From Bugula neritina (taxonomy: Eukaryota; Animalia; Bryozoa): a stretch of DNA of 64,000 nucleotides. The notes below the pieces were generated by a model. The model saw only the letters and a list, made by a program, of their open reading frames with translations, did not search any database and was not told where the DNA came from. The stretch's first letter is position 1. Each line of letters begins with the position of its first letter. Both the position numbers and the translations under genes were made by a program. Location of the stretch: assembly GCA_964035545.1 (NCBI GenBank), contig OZ037765.1:7388698-7452697 (forward strand). Reading direction: 5' to 3'. This document shows, piece by piece, positions 59,540-64,000 of this stretch.

Positions 59540-62053
59540 TGCTTCTAAAACGTGCACTATTTGAGTCACTATCATTACATAAATATTTCGCGCGCAAATG
59601 GGTTATAATTATTAGGCTGTCAATTCATGTTGATAGCAGTCAAAGCAAATGGTTTTGAACAAATAACCCAAAAGTTTAAAAATAAGTAGCTTGCGTATTA
59701 CTAGCTACAAAAACAGGTCTGAAATAGACTGGTAAAGCAAGCTCTTATTGTAGAGTTTGCAGATGTGCTCTAAAATAAAACTTAAACTGTATGCTATTAC
59801 ATAAGTATTTGTATGCGAGAGATAAATGGACATTACTGAGTTTCTGGAAAACAACATACTTGAAGTTAACTTTGACAATGGTGTGTTATTTTCATCATAG
59901 CTAGCCTATAGCATAAATCTCTAATCATATGAATCTTTATGAAGCCCACAGCTCATGTAAGGGTGGCAATGTAATTTGAAATGAACAATTATGTTGCTGC
60001 ATTGTGTCTAAGGTATATTAGAGAGCAGAATTTGGTTTTACTAGCCTACCCCAACGGCATTCTACAATGCAGCTTATATGCTGGCAGTTGTAATAAGTAC
60101 TGCCAATAGCAAGGTTACTATCACTGCTAGCTCTGTGCAGCATGTAACCTCTTGAATAATTGCGCCAATTTTAAACTCTTGGAAGTTGGCCAAGTTATCA
60201 TATCGCAGCCAGCCACCGGAGACAAAGCATCAGAGCTATTCATATAATATTATACTGATGCACTTGGTAGCAGAGTGGCTAATCTAATATAGTTCATAGT
60301 TCAACACCCTTTACTTTGGGAATACAGCCTCTTTTTTTAGGTTTACCTAACAAAGCATGAAAATATCTAAACTAATATTCTGATAATTTAGAGGTACATT
60401 TTGAAAACTAGGTTAATTGCACTTGTTTGCGCAACAACAATAATAAAATAGATATTATGCAGTATAATAAAAACACACATAATACTATATAATATATTAT
60501 AATGATAATAATATAATATTATAAGTACCATTACTGCATTTTATAAATCACATGGTTGCCAAAAAAATGTATCACAAATTTTGTAATTATACATCAAAAA
60601 GAGAACTAGCTAGGCAGCAGGTTAGAATAGAGTAAATTTTTAAAACATGAAATCATGATTTGACTATTGTTTTATTTAGGCCAACCAACCGAGGAATACA
60701 AGATTGGGTTTTAGCTGACAGTTTATAACATTTAGCTTTTGAGCCAGCAGCACTGGCACTTGTGAAGTATAGGCAAAGTTAGTGAAGCGAGACTAACAAG
60801 CACTCAAATACAAGGCATATTATTGAGACACAATAACAAGTCAGGAGCGTATAAATTGAAAAGAATGTGGAAGGGGGACTATGTTTTTCAACAAGCTATA
60901 ACTTAAACATGAATTGGCTTTTGAAAAAAATAAAAAAGTATATTGGAGAACATGAGTTTCTTTATCTTTTCATATTTTTTTTGTTCCTGTGACATTCAAC
61001 CTGTTCGAGCTATCAGTGGAACATTGTTCATATAGAACATAAAGCACCTGGCAAAGAGCCAGAAAATGAAAAGTATGACCTTAAACCAACTGTGAAAGTG
61101 GTGTGGGATATAATATATTATAATCACCCTGTGTCTTATATACAATTGATAAAATATTTTACAATTTTCAAGTGTGGGTGTTAGATTTGTTGTAAAACCA
61201 TTTAGAAATGAAAAATAGTAATGAACTGAAGGAATCTTCATTATTCTATAAAGATTTAGTGCTCTTGCAACCTGCTAATATTTTCTGAAGAGTAAACTTT
61301 ATCACTGATGAATTAGTTAAAGCAAAACAGTAGCTACCTTTTTTTAATAATAAATCGGGTCAGGCTACATTAAATATATAAAAAATAAATAATAAAAGTA
61401 ATATTTAACGATTTTCGCAGTTGCCTTTGTAGGTACTACAACTTGCAGCTACATATATGGAAGCTTTATTGAAAATTAAACTATTTTGTGCAAATTGCAT
61501 AATATAATAAAACAACAGCCTCAGTACGGAGTATATTTATGATTGTCCACTGTGACACGTATAGTTTTGTTTTAGAACTTAATTTTATTAAGCTTTGTGT
61601 CTACAGGCGTATTTCTAGAAAGGGGGTGGATCTTCATGTTTTAAATTATTAAAAATTACATAAATTGTTGTGTATTAAATCTTGACAGCCCTTTAAGACA
61701 TCTTATTAATATTATATCAATACAACATATATATTGGATCCTTTTATTGAATTCTCAATTAATAAAAATTGCTACTTTACATTAACATAATTATATTATT
61801 GTGATAGCCTTGCGAGCTGGAATAATTAATTGGAGAACATAACTCCTTGTGAGTGAGATAAGGGAGTGGAAAAGTTTACCAGGTGTAGAATTCTTTATTG
61901 GTGGAGAGAATACAATAGCAAAGTCTTTATCCTAGGTCTGTTCTCGGTGAGTGGTAGACCGAACTACACTGGCAAACTCGCCTCCGTATATACTCTAGAT
62001 TCGAAAGTTGGACACTCCCGACTTCTAAAATTTACCACCAATCGTCGGGCAAA

Positions 62054-62133
62054 AATCAGATACCCAAACTTTGGGCACACGGAATCAGATGCCCAAACTT
62101 TGGGCACACGGAATCAGATGCCCAAATTTCGGT
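62054..62133. repeat. 29-bp tandem repeat (about 2.7 copies) with internal palindrome
   Basis: Unit aatcagatgcccaaactttgggcacacgg contains tgcccaaa-c-tttgggca. Confidence 0.9.
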
Positions 62134-63545
62134 ACTCTCCGACTTCGGCTAAGGATCGGTTTACAAAACAAAAAAAATTGGACAGGTAAAAACATAATAC
62201 AAGAAAAAACAACTTCTAAAAATTACCTCAAAAGCTATTACAATATTGACTGTATATGAATATTCCCCTTATGTAGCTATTCTTATTGTGATATGTAAGG
62301 AATACTAATTACATTAAGTTTATATCCTGTTGATTTATTTCGTGTAATGTATTCCAATTTCTCTCCTTTTCTTATTCTTAGTCTACTAATATCATTATCA
62401 TTTTACAAAAAGAGTTGATGAGGCTCTGTTTGCACTGCAGCGTTTTTCATCTGGGCACATAACTCCAAACAACGATACTGTAGACTGTGAAACTGAGTAC
62501 AGCAGTTGCAAAACATATAGAGCAATAAATTCTTTTGAATTGTAATAATTAGCTTAATTACACAGTATCAGTATGAGGTTGAGGTACGTATGAAACTAGA
62601 AGTGATATCATTTTTATTCTATTTTTAAAATACAAAATAATTGAACTTGGAGGTTAATATGCTTTTTAACAAGAGCTGGGAGAAGCTCCAGAATCAAATT
62701 CAGACTACAATATTTTTAATTCTATGTTGCATTTGGCATTTCATTTTTCAATCTTCAAAAGTGTTTGCTCAGCTATGTTTGGTGCAATATACATACATAC
62801 ATATACATATATATATTTTTTTAAAAATGAATTCCGAAAAGTAAAAACACATACATATATATGTACATAGTTCACTGTAACACAGCATAGCTTTACACCA
62901 CAAAGTTTATTTTATTTTACAATGTGTGTTGTTTATTCCTAGAAAAATTACAGTATTTCTTATTGTTTGAAAATTGAATTAGTTAATTTTGCTGTCAGTT
63001 ATTGATAGCCTGTCAAGACATCTACATGTGGCAATCATAATGAAATGTACGTGTTGAATTCCATTCAGTTGAATCACTTATAGTTGGTTATATGCAGGTA
63101 TAAGGCTTTATTCAACCTATCAGCAGTTAAATGTTAGAGTTTATATTTAGCATCTAACTTTACCCAACTTTAGCTGTCCAGTAAGTAGCCTTGTGAAACA
63201 ACCTGCCGCAAAGAAAAATCTTGTAAGTTAATATTTACAAATAAAATTTAAAATAGGAAATAGATCTTTATTTGAAATTTTAAAGAGTTTTCATCATTAC
63301 TAACTGTATGCAGATAAGGAGTAATTAGAGGTGGTGTGATTGCATATATATAACTAAAACATGTTTGCATCCGCAGTTAACCAAACATAATATTATCTCT
63401 TGAAAGTACACCCAGAATAGTTATCCATATTTTTTGAACTATTTTTAACAAAAAGATTTGAAATTGTAAATATTATACGTACTCTAAAATATTGTTAAAA
63501 CTCTTGTGTAAAAGGTGTAAGACAGTACGAGCTACAGAACACACT

Positions 63546-63697
63546 ATGGCTAAGCTGGATGTAGACAATCACTTGATGATAGTTGGCAACTTCGGGAAAT
63601 ACCAATGGCTGCAGCTGCTGCTCACAGGCATGATGGTTGCATGCTTCGGGATGCAGATGTTCGTCTCTATCTTTTCTCACGGCACACCAGATTACAA
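63546..63697 (+). CDS. Second SLC22-family paralog, first coding exon (gene continues beyond the window; next acceptor at about 63998)
   Basis: MAKLDVDNHLMIVGNFGKYQWLQLLLTGMMVACFGMQMFVSIFSHGTPDYK aligns with exon 1 of the 50269 gene and has the same phase-2 GT donor. Confidence 0.88.
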
Positions 63698-64000
63698 GTA
63701 AGTGAAATAGTCTATTTATAATTGGTATAATTGGTATTAAGTTGCAGTTGTCATCCCATATAGAAATACAGTTTTCAATACAATAATATAACTTGAGAAT
63801 AATTATAGAGTTGATGTTTGAAGAATATTCCGCTACCAACATCTTAATAATATATACAACTTCCTAAAAGCACAAGTACTACATAGCTGATTGAACTGTA
63901 TTCAGTTGATGTTTACTTACGCTATGCTGTGTATTTTTTGTTTTGCTACAAAAACGTTCAATTTAAAACGTTTTATATTGTTTTCACTATTTTTTCAGAT

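Noticed and set aside
62054-62133. Palindromic 29-bp repeats resembling a CRISPR array
   Set aside because: Units are contiguous with no unique spacers, there are no cas genes, and the context is eukaryotic.

Overview
Eukaryotic, AT-rich genomic DNA with GT-AG introns, from an invertebrate animal (the species cannot be fixed from sequence alone). It is not prokaryotic. Left to right: the last two exons of a divergent PAK/STE20 kinase (+); an 18-coding-exon HECTD2-like E3 ligase (+, about 821 aa) with an N-terminal CxxC-x14-CxxC motif and one U12-type (minor spliceosome) intron; a convergent two-exon ENO4-like gene (-) with an X-box-like upstream site. A repeat-dense block follows (17-33 kb): a diverged tandem duplication, a probable solo LTR, RTE, piggyBac and hAT relics, a zinc-knuckle ORF relic, and a near full-length CR1/L2-group LINE with a 217-bp foldback at its 5' end, apparently inserted into a decayed exon. 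Then come a region of scattered exon-like pieces (33.5-40.5 kb), a 13-exon TMEM145-like gene (-), and head-to-head with it a 10-exon SLC22 transporter (+), with a second SLC22 paralog starting at the window end. A tRNA-derived SINE family occurs several times. I found no clear-cut novel multi-gene system. The best leads are the minor intron, the zinc-ribbon extension on HECTD2, the LINE foldback and possible ORF1-skipping splice, and two unexplained decayed or cryptic genes. All exon coordinates were derived by hand from splice signals and reading-frame continuity.
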